A stretch of 64,000 nt of DNA from Eledone cirrhosa (taxonomy: Eukaryota): NCBI GenBank assembly GCA_964016885.1, contig OZ024760.1, forward strand, positions 5,146,001 through 5,210,000. The letters are read 5' to 3'. Shown here one piece after another: positions 1-15,000 of this stretch; the first letter of the stretch is position 1, and each line of letters opens with the position of its first letter. The position numbers and the translations under genes were made by a program. The notes under the pieces were generated by a model. That model saw nothing but the letters and a program-made list of their open reading frames with translations, was not told the DNA's origin and made no database searches.

Positions 1-3000
1 CAAATAAAAAGAACGGGGCACCCAAATAAAAAACGGGGCACCCAAATAAAAAACGGTCCGTCCCCCCCATAAAAAAACGGGGTACCCAAATAAAAATACG
101 GGGCACCCAAATAAAAAACGGGGCACCCAAATAAAAAACGGTCCCCCCCATAAAAAAACGGGGCACCCAAATAAAAAACAGGCCCCCCCATAAAAAACGG
201 GGCAACCAAATAAAAAACGAGGCACCCGAATATAAAACGGGGCACCCAAATAAAAAAACGGGGCACCCAAATAAAAAAATTGGGGTACCCAAATCAAATA
301 ACGGGTCACCCAAATAAAAAACTGGGCACCCAAATAAAAAACGGTCACCCACCCCATAAAAAAACGGGGCACCCAAATAAAAAACGGGGCACCGAATGAA
401 AAACGGACCCCCCCCCCCCATAAAAAGATGGGGCACCCACATAAAGTAACGGGGAACCCAAATAAAATAACGGGGCACCCAAATAAAAAACGGTCCACCC
501 ATAAAAAAACCGGGCATCCAAATAAAAAAATGGGGCACCCAAATAAAAAACGGGTCACCCAAATAATAAACAGGGCACTCAAATAAAAAAACGGGACATC
601 GAACAAGAAAAACGGGGCACCCAAATTAAAAGATGGGGCACCGAAATAAAAAAACGGGCACCCAAATAAAAAAAACGGGACACCCAAATAAAAAAACGGG
701 GCACCCAAATAAAAAACGGTCCCCCCATAAAAAAACGGGGCATCCAAATAAAAAAATGGGGCACCCAAATAAAAAACGGGTCACCCAAATGATAAACGGG
801 GCACCCAAATAAAAAAACGGTCCCCCCCCATATAAAAACGGGGCACCAAAATAAAAAAAGGGACACCCAAATAAAAAAAAACGGGGCACCCACATAAAAG
901 GACGGGACACCCAAATGAAAAATGGGGCACCCAAATAAAAAAGGGGGCACCCAAATAAAAAACGGGACACCCAAATAAAAAACGGGGCACCCAAATAAAA
1001 AACTGGGCACCCATATAAAAATCAGACCCCCCATAAAAAAACGGGGCACCAAAATAGAAAACGGTCCCTCCCCCCATAAATAACAGGGCACCCAAATAAA
1101 AAAACGGGGCACCCAAATAAAAATACGTGGCACCCAAATAAAAAACGGGGCACCCAAATAAAAAACAGGCCCCCCCATAAAAAACCGGGCACCCAAATAA
1201 AAAACGAGGCACCCGAATATAAAACGGGGCACCCAAATAAAAAAATTGGGGTACCCAAATCAAATAACGGGGCACCCAAATAAAAAAACTGGGCACCCAA
1301 ATAAAAAACGGTCAACCACCCCATAAAAAAACGGGGCACCCAAATAAAAAACGGGGCACCCAAATTAAAAAATGGGGCACCGAATGAAAAACGGACCCCC
1401 CCCCCATAAAAAGATGGGGCACCCACATAAAGTAACGGGGAACCCAAATAAAATAACGGGGCACCCAAATAAAAAAACGGGGCACCCAAATTAAAAGATG
1501 GGGCACCGAAATAAAAAAACGGGCACCGAAATAAAAAAAACGAGACACCCAAATAAAAAAACGGGGCACCCAAATAAAGAACGGTCCCCCCATAAAAAAA
1601 CGGGGCATCCAAATAAAATAGCGGGGTACCCAAATAAGAAAAACGGAGCACCCAAATAAAAAACGGGGCACCCAAATAAAAAAACGGGACACCCAAATAA
1701 AAATACGGGGCACCCAAATAAAAATACGTAGCACCCAAATAAAAAACGGGGCACCCAAATAAAAAACGCCCCCCCCCCCCATAAAATACGGGGCACCCAA
1801 ATAAAATAACGGGGCACCCAAATAAAAAACTGGGTCCCCAATTAAAAAACGGTCCTACCCCCATAAAATAACGAGGCACCCAAATAAAAAAACGGGGCAC
1901 CCAAATAAAAATGGTCCCCCCATAAAAAACGGGGCACCCAAATAAAAAAATGGGGCACCCAAATAATAAACGGGGCACCGAAATAAAAAACGGACGCCCA
2001 TAAAAAAGTGAGGCACCCAAATAAAATAACGGGGCACCCAAATAGAATAACTGGGTACCCAAATAAAAAAACGGGACACCCAAATAAAAAACGGGGGACC
2101 CAAATAAAATAACGGGGCACCCAAATAAAAAGAACGGGGCACCCACATAAAAAAACGGGGCACCCAAATAAAAAACGAAACACCCAAATAAAAAACGGTC
2201 CACCCTATATAAAAACGGTGAACCCAAATAAAACACGGGTCACCCAAATAAAAAACAGACCCCCCTCCATAAAAAAACGGGGCACCCAAATAGAAAACGG
2301 TCCCTCCCCCCATAATTAACGGGGCACCCAAATAAAATAGCGGGGTACCCAAATAAAAAAAACGGGGCACCCAAATAAAAAACGGGGTACCCAAATAAAA
2401 AACGGTCCGTCCTCCCCCATAAAAAAACGGGGTACCCAAATAAAAATACGGGGCACCCAAATAAAAAACGGGGCACCCAAATAAAAAACGGTCCCCCCCA
2501 TAAAAAAACGGGCACCCAAATAAAAAACAGGCCCCCCATAAAAAACGGGGCACCCAAATAAAAAAAAAGGGTCACCCATATAAAAAAAAAGGGTCACCCA
2601 TATAAAAAAAGGGCACCCAAATAAAAAAACGGGGCACCCAAATAAAAATGGTCCCCCCATAAAAAACGGGGCACCCAAATAAAAAAAATGGGGCACCCAA
2701 ATAATAAACGGGGCACCCAAATAAAAAACGGACCCCCATAAAAAAGTGAGGCACCCAAATAAAATAACGGGGCACCCAAATAGAATAACGGGGCACCTAA
2801 ATAAAAAAACGGGACACCCAAATAAAAAACGGGGCACCCAAATAAAATAACGGGGCACCCAAATAAAAAAAACGGGGCACCCACATAAAAAAACGGGGCA
2901 CCCAAATAAAAAACGAAACACCCAAATAAAAAACGGTCCACCCCATATAAAAACGGTGAACCCAAATAAAAAAACCGGACACCCAAATAAAAAACGGGGC

Positions 3001-6000
3001 ACCCAAATAAAAAACAGACACCCCCCCTCCCATAAAAAAACGGGGCACCCAAATAGAAAACGGTCCCTCCCCCCATGAATAACGGGACACCCAAATAAAA
3101 TAGCGGGGTACCCAAATAAAAAGAACGGGGCACCCAAATAAAAAACGGGGCACCCAAATAAAAAACGGTCCGTCCCCCCCCATAAAAAAACGGGGTACCC
3201 AAATAAAAATACGGGGCACCCAAATAAAAAACGGGGCACCCAAATAAAAAACGGTCCCCGCCATAAAAAAACGGGGCACCCAAATAAAAAACAGGCCCCC
3301 CAATATAAAAACGGGGCACCCAAATAAAAAACAGGCCCCCCCATAAAAAACGGGGCAACCAAATAAAAAACGAGGCACCCGAATATAAAACGGGGCACCC
3401 AAATAAAAAAACGGGGCACCCAGATAAAAAAATTGGGGTACCCAAATCAAATAACGGGGCACCCAAATAAAAAACTGGGCACCCAAATAAAAAACGGTCA
3501 CCCACCCCATAAAAAAACGGGGCACCCAAATAAAAAACGGGGCACCGAATGAAAAACGAACCCCCCCCCCCATAAAAAGATGGGGCCCCCACATAAAGTA
3601 ACGGGGAACCCAAATAAAATAACGGGGCACCCAAATAAAAAAACGGGGCACCCAAATAAAAATACGGGACATCGAACAAGAAAAACGGGGCACCCAAATT
3701 AAAAGATGGGGCACCGAAATAAAAAAACGGGCACCCAAATAAAAAAAACGGGGCACCCAAATAAAAAAACGGGGCACCCAAATAAAAAACGGTCCCCCCA
3801 TAAAAAAACGGGGCATCCAAATAAAAAAATGGGGCACCCAAATAAAAAACGGGTCACCGAAATAATAAACGGGGCACCCAAATAAAAAAACGGTCCCCCC
3901 CCCATATAAAAACGAGGCACCAAAATAAAAAAGGGACACCCAAATAAAAAAAAACGGGGCACCCACATAAAAAAACGGGGCACCCAAATAAAAGGACGGG
4001 ACACCCAAATGAAAAATGGGGCACCCAAATAAAAAAAGGGGCACCCAAATAAAAAACGGGACACCCAAATAAAAAACGGGGCACCCATATAAAAATCAGA
4101 CCCCCCATAAAAAAACGGGGCACCAAAATAGAAAACGGTCCCTCCCCCCATAAATAACAGGGCACCCAAATAAAAAAACGGTGCACCGAAATAAAAAAAC
4201 GGGCACCGAAATAAAAAAAACGGGACACCCAAATAAAAAAACGGGGCACCCAAATAAAAAACGGTCCCCCCATAAAAAAACGGGGCATCCAAATAAAATA
4301 GCGGGGTACCCAAATAAGAAAAACGGAGCACCCAAATAAAAAACGGGGCACCCAAATAAAAAAACGGGACACCCAAATAAAAATACGGGGCACCCAAATA
4401 AAAATACGTAGCACCCAAATAAAAAACGGGGCACCCAAATAAAAAACGCCCCCCCCCCATAAAATACGGGGCACCCAAATAAAATAACGGGGCACCCAAA
4501 TAAAAAACTGGGCCCCCAATTAAAAAACGGTCCTACCCCCATAAAATAACGAGGCACCCAAATAATAAACGGGGCACCCAAATAAAAAACGGACCCCCAT
4601 AAAAAAGTGAGGCACCCAAATAAAATAACGGGGCACCCAAATAGAATAACGGGGTACCCAAATAAAAAAACGGGACACCCAAATAAAATAACGGGGCACC
4701 CAAATAAAAAGAACGGGGCACCCACATAAAAAAACGGGGCACCCAAATAAAAAACGAAACACCCAAATAAAAAACGGTCCACCCCATATAAAAACGGTGA
4801 ACCCAAATAAAACACGGGGCACCCAAATAAAAAACAGACCCCCCCCCCCATAAAAAAACGGGGCACCCAAATAGAAAACGGTCCCTCCCCCCATAAATAA
4901 CGGGGCACCCAAATAAAATAGCGGGGTACCCAAATAAAAAAAACGGGGCACCCAAATAAAAAACGGGGTACCCGAATAAAAAAACGGTCCGTCCTCCCCC
5001 ATAAAAAAACGGGGTACCCAAATAAAAATACGGGGCACCCAAATAAAAAACGGGGCACCCAAATAAAAAACGGTCCCCCCCATAAAAAAACGGGGCACCC
5101 AAATAAAAAACAGGCCCCCCCATAAAAAACGGGGCACCCAAATAAAAAACGAGGCTCCCGAATATAAAACGGGGCACCCAAATAAAAAAACGGGGCACCC
5201 AAATAAAAAAATTGGGGTACCCAAATCAAATAACGGGGCACCCAAATAAAAAGCTGGGCACCCAAATAAAAATCGGTCACCCACCCCATAAAAAAACGGG
5301 GCACCCAAATAAAAAACGGGGCACCCAAATAAAAAAATGGGGCACCGAATGAAAAACGGACCCCCCCCCCCCCATAAAAAGATGGGGCTCCCACATAAAG
5401 TAACGGGGAACCCAAATAAAATAACGGGGCACCCAAATAAAAAAACGGGGCACCCAAATAAAAATACGGGACATCGAACAAGAAAAACGGGGCACCCAAA
5501 TTAAAAGATGGGGCACCCAAATAAAAAAACGGGGCACCCAAATAAAAAAACGGGGCACCCAAATAAAAAACGGTCCCCCCATAAAAAAACGGGGCATCCA
5601 AATAAAAAAATGGGGCACCCAAATAAAAAACGGGTCACCCAAATAATAAACGGGGCACCCAAATAAAAAAACGGGACATCGAACAAGAAAAACGGGGCAC
5701 CCAAATTAAAAGATGGGGCACCGAAATAAAAAAACGGGCACCCAAATAAAAAAAACGGGATACCCAAATAAAAAAACGGGGCACCCAAATAAAAAACGGT
5801 CCCCCCATAAAAAAACGGGGCATCCAAATAAAAAAATGGGGCACCCAAATAAAAAACGGGTCACCCAAATAATAAACGGGGCACCCAAATAAAAAAACGG
5901 TCCCCCCCCCCCCATATAAAAACGGGGCACCAAAATAAAAAAAGGGACACCCAAATTAAAAAAACGGGGCACCCACATAAAAAAACGGGGCACCCAAATA

Positions 6001-9000
6001 AAAGGACGGGACACCCAAATGAAAAATGGGGCACCCAAATAAAAAAAGGGGCACCCAAATAAAAAACGGGACACCCAAATAAAAAACGGGGCACCCAAAT
6101 AAAAAACTGGGCACCCATATAAAAATCAGACCCCCCATAAAAAAAACGGGGCACCAAAATAGAAAACGGTCCCTCCCCCCATAAATAACAGGGCACCCAA
6201 ATAAAAAAACGGGGCACCCAAATAAAAATACGTGGGACCCAAATAAAAAACGGGGCACACAAATAAAAAACGCCCCCCCCCCCATAAAATACGGGGCACC
6301 CAAATAAAATAACGGGGCACCCAAATAAAAAACTGGGCCCCCAATTAAAAAACGGTCCTACCCCCATAAAAAACGAGGCACCCAAATAAAAAAACGCGGC
6401 ACCCAAATAAAAAACGGGGCCCCCGAGATGAAAAACGGTCCCGCCCCCATAAATATACGGGGCACCCAAATAAAAAACGGCCACCCCATAAAAAAACGGG
6501 GCACCCAAATAAAAAACAGCCCCTCCCCCATATAAAAACGGGGCACCCAAATAAAAAACAGGCCCCTCCATAAAAAACGGAGCATCCAAATAAAATAACG
6601 GGGCACCCAAATAAAAAAACGGGGCACCCAAATAAAAAACGGGGCACCCAATTAAAAAACGGGGCACCCAAATAAGAAACGGACCCCCCCCCATAAAAAA
6701 ATGGAGCACCCAAATAAAAAAACGGGACACCCAAATAAAAAACGGGGCACCCAAATAAAAAACGGAGCACCCAAATAAAAATACGGGGCACCCAAATAAA
6801 AAAACGGGGCACCCAAATAAAAAAAATGGGGCACCCAAATAAAAAAAATGGCCACCCAAATAAAAAAACGGGGCACCCAAATAAAAAACGGAGGACCCAA
6901 ATAAAAATACGGGGCACCCAAATAAAAAAAACGGGGCACCCAAATAAAAAAAATGGGGCACCCAAATAAAAAAATGGCCACCCAAATAAAAAAACGGGGC
7001 ACCCAAATAAAAAAACGGGGCACCCAAATAAAAAACGGTCGCCCCATAAAAAACGGGGCACCCAAATAATAAACGGGGCACACAAATAAAAAACGGACCC
7101 CCCATAAAAAAATGGGGCACCGAAATAAAATAACGGGGCACCCAAATAGAATAACGGGGCACCCAAATAAAATAACGGTACATCCAAATAAAAAACGGTC
7201 CCCCCATAAAAAAACGAGGCACCCAAATAAAATAACGGGGCACCCAAATAAAAAAACGGGGCACCCAAATAAAAAACGGGGCACCCAAATAAAAAACGAA
7301 ACACCCAAATAAAAAACGCCCTCCCCTATAAAAACGGGGCACACAAATAAAAAAACGGGACACCCAAATAAAAAACGGGGCACCGAAATAAAAAACGGGG
7401 CACCCAAATAAAAAACAGACCTCCCCCCATAAAAAACGGGGCACCCAAATAAAATAGCTGGGCACCCAAATAAAAAAACGGGGCACACAAATAAAAAACG
7501 GGGCACCCAAATAAAAAACAGGCCCCCCCCATATAAAAACGGGGGACCCAAATAAAAAACAGGCCCCCCCCCCATAAAAAACGGGGCACCCAAATAAAAT
7601 AACTGGGCACCCAAATGAAAAATCGGGGCACCCAAATGAAAAACAGGGCACCTAAATAAAAGAACGGGGCACCCAAATAAAAAATGAGGCACCCAAATAA
7701 AAAACGGACCCCCCCCCCCCCATTAAAAAAACGGGGCACCCAAACAAAAAATCTGGGCCCCCAATTAAAAAACGGTCCTACCCCCATAAAAAAACGAGGC
7801 ACCCAAATAAAAAAACGCGGCACCCAAATAAAAAACGTGGCCCCCGAAATTAAAAACGGTTCCGCCCCCATAAATATACGGGGCACCCAAATAAAAAATG
7901 GGGCACCCAAATAAAAAGCGGTTCACCCAAATAAAAAACGGATCCCCCCATAAAAAAATGGGGCGCCCAAATAAATAAAACAGGCACCCAAATAAAAGAC
8001 GGGGCACCCAAATAAAAAAAACCGGGCACCCACATAAAAAAACGGGGCACCCAAATAAAAAATGGGCCACCCAATAAAATAACGGGGCACCCAAATAGAA
8101 TAACGGGGCACCCAAATAAAAAAAAGGGACACCCAAGTAAAAAACGGTCCCCCCCCATAAAAAAACGGGGCACCCAAATAAAATAACGGGGCACCCAAAT
8201 AAAAAAAACGAGGCACCCACATAAAATAACGGGACACCCAAATAAAAAACGGGGCACCCAAATAAAAAACGAAACACCCAAATAAAAAACGGTCCCCCCC
8301 ATATAAAAACGGGGCACCCAAATAAAAAAACGGGACACCCAAATAAAAAACGGGGAACCGAAATAAAAAACGGGGCACCCAAATAAAAAACAGACCCCCC
8401 CCCCCATAAAAAAACGGGGCACCCAAATAGAAAACGGTCCCTCCCCCCATAAATAACGGGGCACCCAAATAAAATAGCGGGGTACCCAAATAAAAAAAAG
8501 GGGGCACCCAAATAAAACACGGGGCACCCAAATAAAACTACGGGGCACCCAAATAAAAATACTTGGCACCCAAATAAAATAACGGGGCACCCAAATAAAA
8601 CACGGGGCACCCAAATAAAAAACGGGGCACCCAAATAAAAAAACGGGGCACCAAAATAAAAAACTGGGCCCCCAATTAAAAAACGGTCCTACCCCCATAA
8701 AAAAACGAGGCACCCAAATAAAAAAACGCGGCACCCAAATAAAAAACGGGGCCCCCAAATAAAAAACGGTCCCGCCCCCATAAATATACGGGGCCCCCAA
8801 ATAAAAAAACGGTGCACCCAAATAAAAAACGGTCCCCCCCATAAAAGACGGGGCACCCAAGTAAAAAACAGGCCCCCCCCCATATAAAAACGGGGCACCC
8901 AATTAAAAAACAGCCCCCCCCCCCCATAAAAAACGGGGCACCCAAATAAATAACGGGGCACCCAAATTAAAAACTGGGCACCCAAGTAAAAAACGGTCCC

Positions 9001-12000
9001 CCACCCCATAAAAAACCGGGGCACCCAAATAAAAAAATGGGGCACCGAATGAAAAACGAAACCCCCCCCCCATAAAAAGATGGGGCACCCACATAAAATA
9101 ACGGGGAACCCAAATAAAATAACGGGGCACCCAAATAAAAGAACGGGGCACCCAAATAAAAAACGGGGCACCCAATTAAAAAACGGGGCACCCAAATAAG
9201 AAACGGACCCCCCCCCATAAAAAAATGGAGCACCCAAATAAAAAAACGGGACACCCAAATAAAAAAACGGGGCACCCAAATAAAAAACGGAGCACCCAAA
9301 TAAAAATACGGGGCACCCAAATAAAAAAACGGGGCACCCAAATAAAAAAAATGGGGCACCCAAATAAAAAAAATGGCCACCCAAATAAAAAAACGGGGCA
9401 CCCAAATAAAAAACGGAGGACCCAAATAAAAATACGGGGCACCCAAATAAAAAAAACGGGGCACCCAAATAAAAAAAATGGGGCACCCAAATAAAAAAAT
9501 GGCCACCCAAATAAAAAAACGGGGCACCCAAATAAAAAAACGGGGCACCCAAATAAAAAACGGTCGCCCCATAAAAAACGGGGCACCCAAATAATAAACG
9601 GGGCACACAAATAAAAAACGGACACCCCATAAAAAAATGGGGCACCGAAATAAAATAACGGGGCACCCAAATAGAATAACGGGGCACCCAAATAAAATAA
9701 CGGTACATCCAAATAAAAAACGGTCCCCCCATAAAAAAACGAGGCACCCAAATAAAATAACGGGGCACCCAAATAAAAAAACGGGGCACCCAAATAAAAA
9801 ACGGGGCACCCAAATAAAAAACGAAACACCCAAATAAAAAACGCCCTCCCCTATAAAAACGGGGCACACAAATAAAAAAACGGGGCACCCAAATAAAAAA
9901 CAGGCCCCCCCCATATAAAAACGGGGGACCCAAATAAAAAACAGGCCCCCCCCCCATAAAAAACGGGGCACCCAAATAAAATAACTGGGCACCCAAATGA
10001 AAAATCGGGGCACCCAAATGAAAAACAGGGCACCTAAATAAAAGAACGGGGCACCCAAATAAAAAATGAGGCACCCAAATAAAAAACGGACCCCCCCCCC
10101 CCCATTAAAAAAACGGGGCACCCAAACAAAAAATCTGGGCCCCCAATTAAAAAACGGTCCTACCCCCATAAAAAAACGAGGCACCCAAATAAAAAAACGC
10201 GGCACCCAAATAAAAAACGTGGCCCCCGAAATTAAAAACGGTTCCGCCCCCATAAATATACGGGGCACCCAAATAAAAAATGGGGCACCCAAATAAAAAG
10301 CGGTTCACCCAAATAAAAAACGGATCCCCCCATAAAAAAATGGGGCGCCCAAATAAATAAAACAGGCACCCAAATAAAAGACGGGGCACCCAAATAAAAA
10401 AAACCGGGCACCCACATAAAAAAACGGGGCACCCAAATAAAAAATGGGCCACCCAATAAAATAACGGGGCACCCAAATAGAATAACGGGGCACCCAAATA
10501 AAAAAAAGGGACACCCAAGTAAAAAACGGTCCCCCCCCATAAAAAAACGGGGCACCCAAATAAAATAACGGGGCACCCAAATAAAAAAAACGAGGCACCC
10601 ACATAAAATAACGGGACACCCAAATAAAAAACGGGGCACCCAAATAAAAAACGAAACACCCAAATAAAAAACGGTCCCCCCCATATAAAAACGGGGCACC
10701 CAAATAAAAAAACGGGACACCCAAATAAAAAACGGGGAACCGAAATAAAAAACGGGGCACCCAAATAAAAAACAGACCCCCCCCCATAAAAAAACGGGGC
10801 ACCCAAATAGAAAACGGTCCCTCCCCCCATAAATAACGGGGCACCCAAGTAAAATAGCGGGGTACCCAAATAAAAAAAAGGGGGCACCCAAATAAAACAC
10901 GGGGCACCCAAATAAAACTACGGGGCACCCAAATAAAAATACTTGGCACCCAAATAAAATAACGGGGCACCCAAATAAAACACGGGGCACCCAAATAAAA
11001 AACGGGGCACCCAAATAAAAAAACGGGGCACCAAAATAAAAAACTGGGCCCCCAATTAAAAAACGGTTCTACCCCCATAAAAAAACGAGGCACCCAAATA
11101 AAAAAACGCGGCACCCAAATAAAAAACGGGGCCCCCAAATAAAAAACGGTCCCGCCCCCATAAATATACGGGGCCCCCAAATAAAAAAACGGTGCACCCA
11201 AATAAAAAACGGGGCACCCAAATAAAAAACGGTCCCCCCCATAAAAGACGGGGCACCCAAGTAAAAAACAGGCCCCCCCCATATAAAAACGGGGCACCCA
11301 ATTAAAAAACAGCCCCCCCCCCCCATAAAAAACGGGGCACCCAAATAAATAACGGGGCACCCAAATTAAAAACTGGGCACCCAAGTAAAAAACGGTCCCC
11401 CACCCCATAAAAAAACGGGGCACCCAAATAAAAAAATGGGGCACCGAATGAAAAACGAAACCCCCCCCCCCCCATAAAAAGATGGGGCACCCACATAAAA
11501 TAACGGGGAACCCAAATAAAATAACGGGGCACCCAAATAAAAGAACGGGGCACCCAAATAAAAATACGGGGCACCGAACAAAAAAAACGGGACACCCAAA
11601 TAAAAAAATGGGGCACCCAAATAAAAAAATGGGGCACCCAAATAATAAACGGGGCACCCAAATAAAAATACGGGGCACCGAACAAAAAAAACGGGACACC
11701 CAAATAAAAAAATGGGGCACCCAAATAATAAACGGGGCACCCAAATAAAAAAACGGGACACCCAAATAAAAAACGGGGAACCGAAATAAAAAACGGGGCA
11801 CCCAAATAAAAAACAGACCCCCCCCCCATAAAAAAACGGGGCACCCAAATAGAAAACGGTCCCTCCCCCCATAAATAACGGGGCACCCAAGTAAAATAGC
11901 GGGGTACCCAAATAAAAAAAAGGGGGCACCCAAATAAAACACGGGGCACCCAAATAAAACTACGGGGCACCCAAATAAAAATACTTGGCACCCAAATAAA

Positions 12001-15000
12001 ATAACGGGGCACCCAAATAAAACACGGGGCACCCAAATAAAAAACGGGGCACCCAAATAAAAAAACGGGGCACCAAAATAAAAAACTGGGCCCCCAATTA
12101 AAAAACGGTTCTACCCCCATAAAAAAACGAGGCACCCAAATAAAAAAACGCGGCACCCAAATAAAAAACGGGGCCCCCAAATAAAAAACGGTCCCGCCCC
12201 CATAAATATACGGGGCCCCCAAATAAAAAAACGGTGCACCCAAATAAAAAACGGGGCACCCAAATAAAAAACGGTCCCCCCCATAAAAGACGGGGCACCC
12301 AAGTAAAAAACAGGCCCCCCCCATATAAAAACGGGGCACCCAATTAAAAAACAGCCCCCCCCCCCCCATAAAAAACGGGGCACCCAAATAAATAACGGGG
12401 CACCCAAATTAAAAACTGGGCACCCAAGTAAAAAACGGTCCCCCACCCCATAAAAAAACGGGGCACCCAAATAAAAAAATGGGGCACCGAATGAAAAACG
12501 AAACCCCCCCCCCATAAAAAGATGGGGCACCCACATAAAATAACGGGGAACCCAAATAAAATAACGGGGCACCCAAATAAAAGAACGGGGCACCCAAATA
12601 AAAATACGGGGCACCGAACAAAAAAAACGGGACACCCAAATAAAAAAATGGGGCACCCAAATAAAAAAATGGGGCACCCAAATAATAAACGGGGCACCCA
12701 AATAAAAATACGGGGCACCGAACAAAAAAAACGGGACACCCAAATAAAAAAATGGGGCACCCAAATAATAAACGGGGCACCCAAATAAAAATACGGGGCA
12801 CCCAAATAAAAAACGGGGCACCCAAATAAAATACGGCCCCCCCCATTAAAAAACGGGGCACCCAAATAAAAAACAGCCCCCCCCCCATATAAAAACGGGG
12901 CACCCAAATAAAAAAACGGGGCACCCAAATAAAAAACGGCGCACCCAATTAAAAAACGGGGCACTCAAATAAAAAACGGACCCCCCCCCCATAAAAAATG
13001 GAGCACCCAAATAAAAAAACCGGACACCCATAAAATAACGGGGCACCCAAATGAAAAACGGAGCACCCAAATAAAAATACGGGGCACCCAAATAAAAAGA
13101 CGGGTCACCCAAATAAAAAAACGGGGCACCCAAATAAAAAAAATGGGGCACCCAAATAAAAGAATGGGCACCCAAATAAAAAAACGGGGCACCCAAATAA
13201 AAAACGGTCCCCCCATAAAAAACGGGGCACCCAAATAATAAACGGGGCACACAAATAAAAAACGGACCCCCCATAAATAAATGGGGCACCCAAATAAAAT
13301 AACGGGGCACCCAAATAGAATAACGGGGCACCCAAATAAAATAATGGGACATCCAAATAAAAAACGGTCCCCCCATAAAAAAACGGGGCACCCAAATAAA
13401 ATAACGGGGCACCCAAATAAAAAACGAGGAACCCAAATAAAAAACGAAACACCCAAATAAAAAACGGCCCCCCCCCCCCCCATATAAAAACGGGGCACAC
13501 AAATAAAAAAACGGGACACCCAAATAAAAAACGGGGCACCCAAATAAAAAACGGGGCACCCAAATAAAATACGCCCCCCCCCCCCCCCATAAAAAACGGG
13601 GCACCCAAATAAAATAACGGGGCACCCAAATAAAATAACGGGGCACCCAAATAAAAAACTGGGCCCCCAATTAAAAAACGGTCCTACCCCTATAAAAAAA
13701 CGAGGCACCCAAATAAAAAAACGCGGCACCCAAATAAAAAACGGGGCCCCCGAGATAAAAAACGGTCCCGCCCCCATAAATATACGAGGCACCCAAATAA
13801 AAAACGGCCCCCCCCCCATTAAAAAACGGGGCACCCAAATAAAAAACAGCCCCCCCCCATATAAAAACGGGGCACCCAAATAAAAAAACGGGGCCCAAAT
13901 AAAAAACGGCGCACCCAATTAAAAAACGGGGCACTCAAATAAAAAACGGACCCCCCCCCCCCATAAAAAATGGAGCACCCAAATAAAAGAACCGGACACC
14001 CATAAAAAAACGGGGCACCCAAATAAAAAACGGAGCACCCAAATAAAAATACGGGGCACCCAAATAAAAAGACGGGTCACCCAAATAAAAAAACGGGGCA
14101 CCCAAATAAAAAAAATGGGGCACCCAAATAAAAGAATGGGCACCCAAATAAAAAAACGGGGCACCCAAATAAAAAACCGTCCCCCCATAAAAAACGGGGC
14201 ACCCAAATAATAAACGGGGCACACAAATAAAAAACGGACCCCCCATAAAAAAATGGGGCACCCAAATAAAATAACGGGGCACCCAAATAGAATAACGGGG
14301 CACCCAAATAAAATAATGGGACATCCAAATAAAAAACGGTCCCCCCATAAAAAACGGGGCACCCAAATAAAATAACGGGGCACCCAAATAAAAAAACGGG
14401 GCACCCAAATAAAAAACGAGGAACCCAAATAAAAAACGAAACACCCAAATAAAAACGGCCCCCCCCCATATAAAAACGGGGCACACAAATAAAAAAACGG
14501 GACACCCAAATAAAAAACGGGGCACCGAAATAAAAAACGGGGCACCCAAATAAAAAACAGACCTCCCCCCATAAAAAACGGGGCACCCAAATAAAATAAC
14601 TGGGCACCCAAATAAAAAAACGGGGCACCCAAATAAAAAACAGGGCACCCAATTAAAAGACGTGGCACCCAAATAAAAAATCGGGGCACCCAAATGAAAA
14701 ACGGGGCACCTAAATAAAAGAACGGGGCACCCAAATAAAAAATGGGGCACCCAAATAAAAAACGGACCCCCCCCCCCCCCCATTAAAAAAACGGGGCACC
14801 CAAACAAAAACCTGGCTCCCCAATTAAAAAACGGTCCTACCCCCATAAAAAACGTGGCACCCAAATAAAAAAACGTGTCACCCAAATAAAAAACGGGGCC
14901 CCCGAAATAAAAAACGCTCCCGCCCCCATAAATATACGAGGCACCCAAATAAAAAACGGGGCACCCAAATAAAGAACGGGGCACCCAAATAAAAAACTGT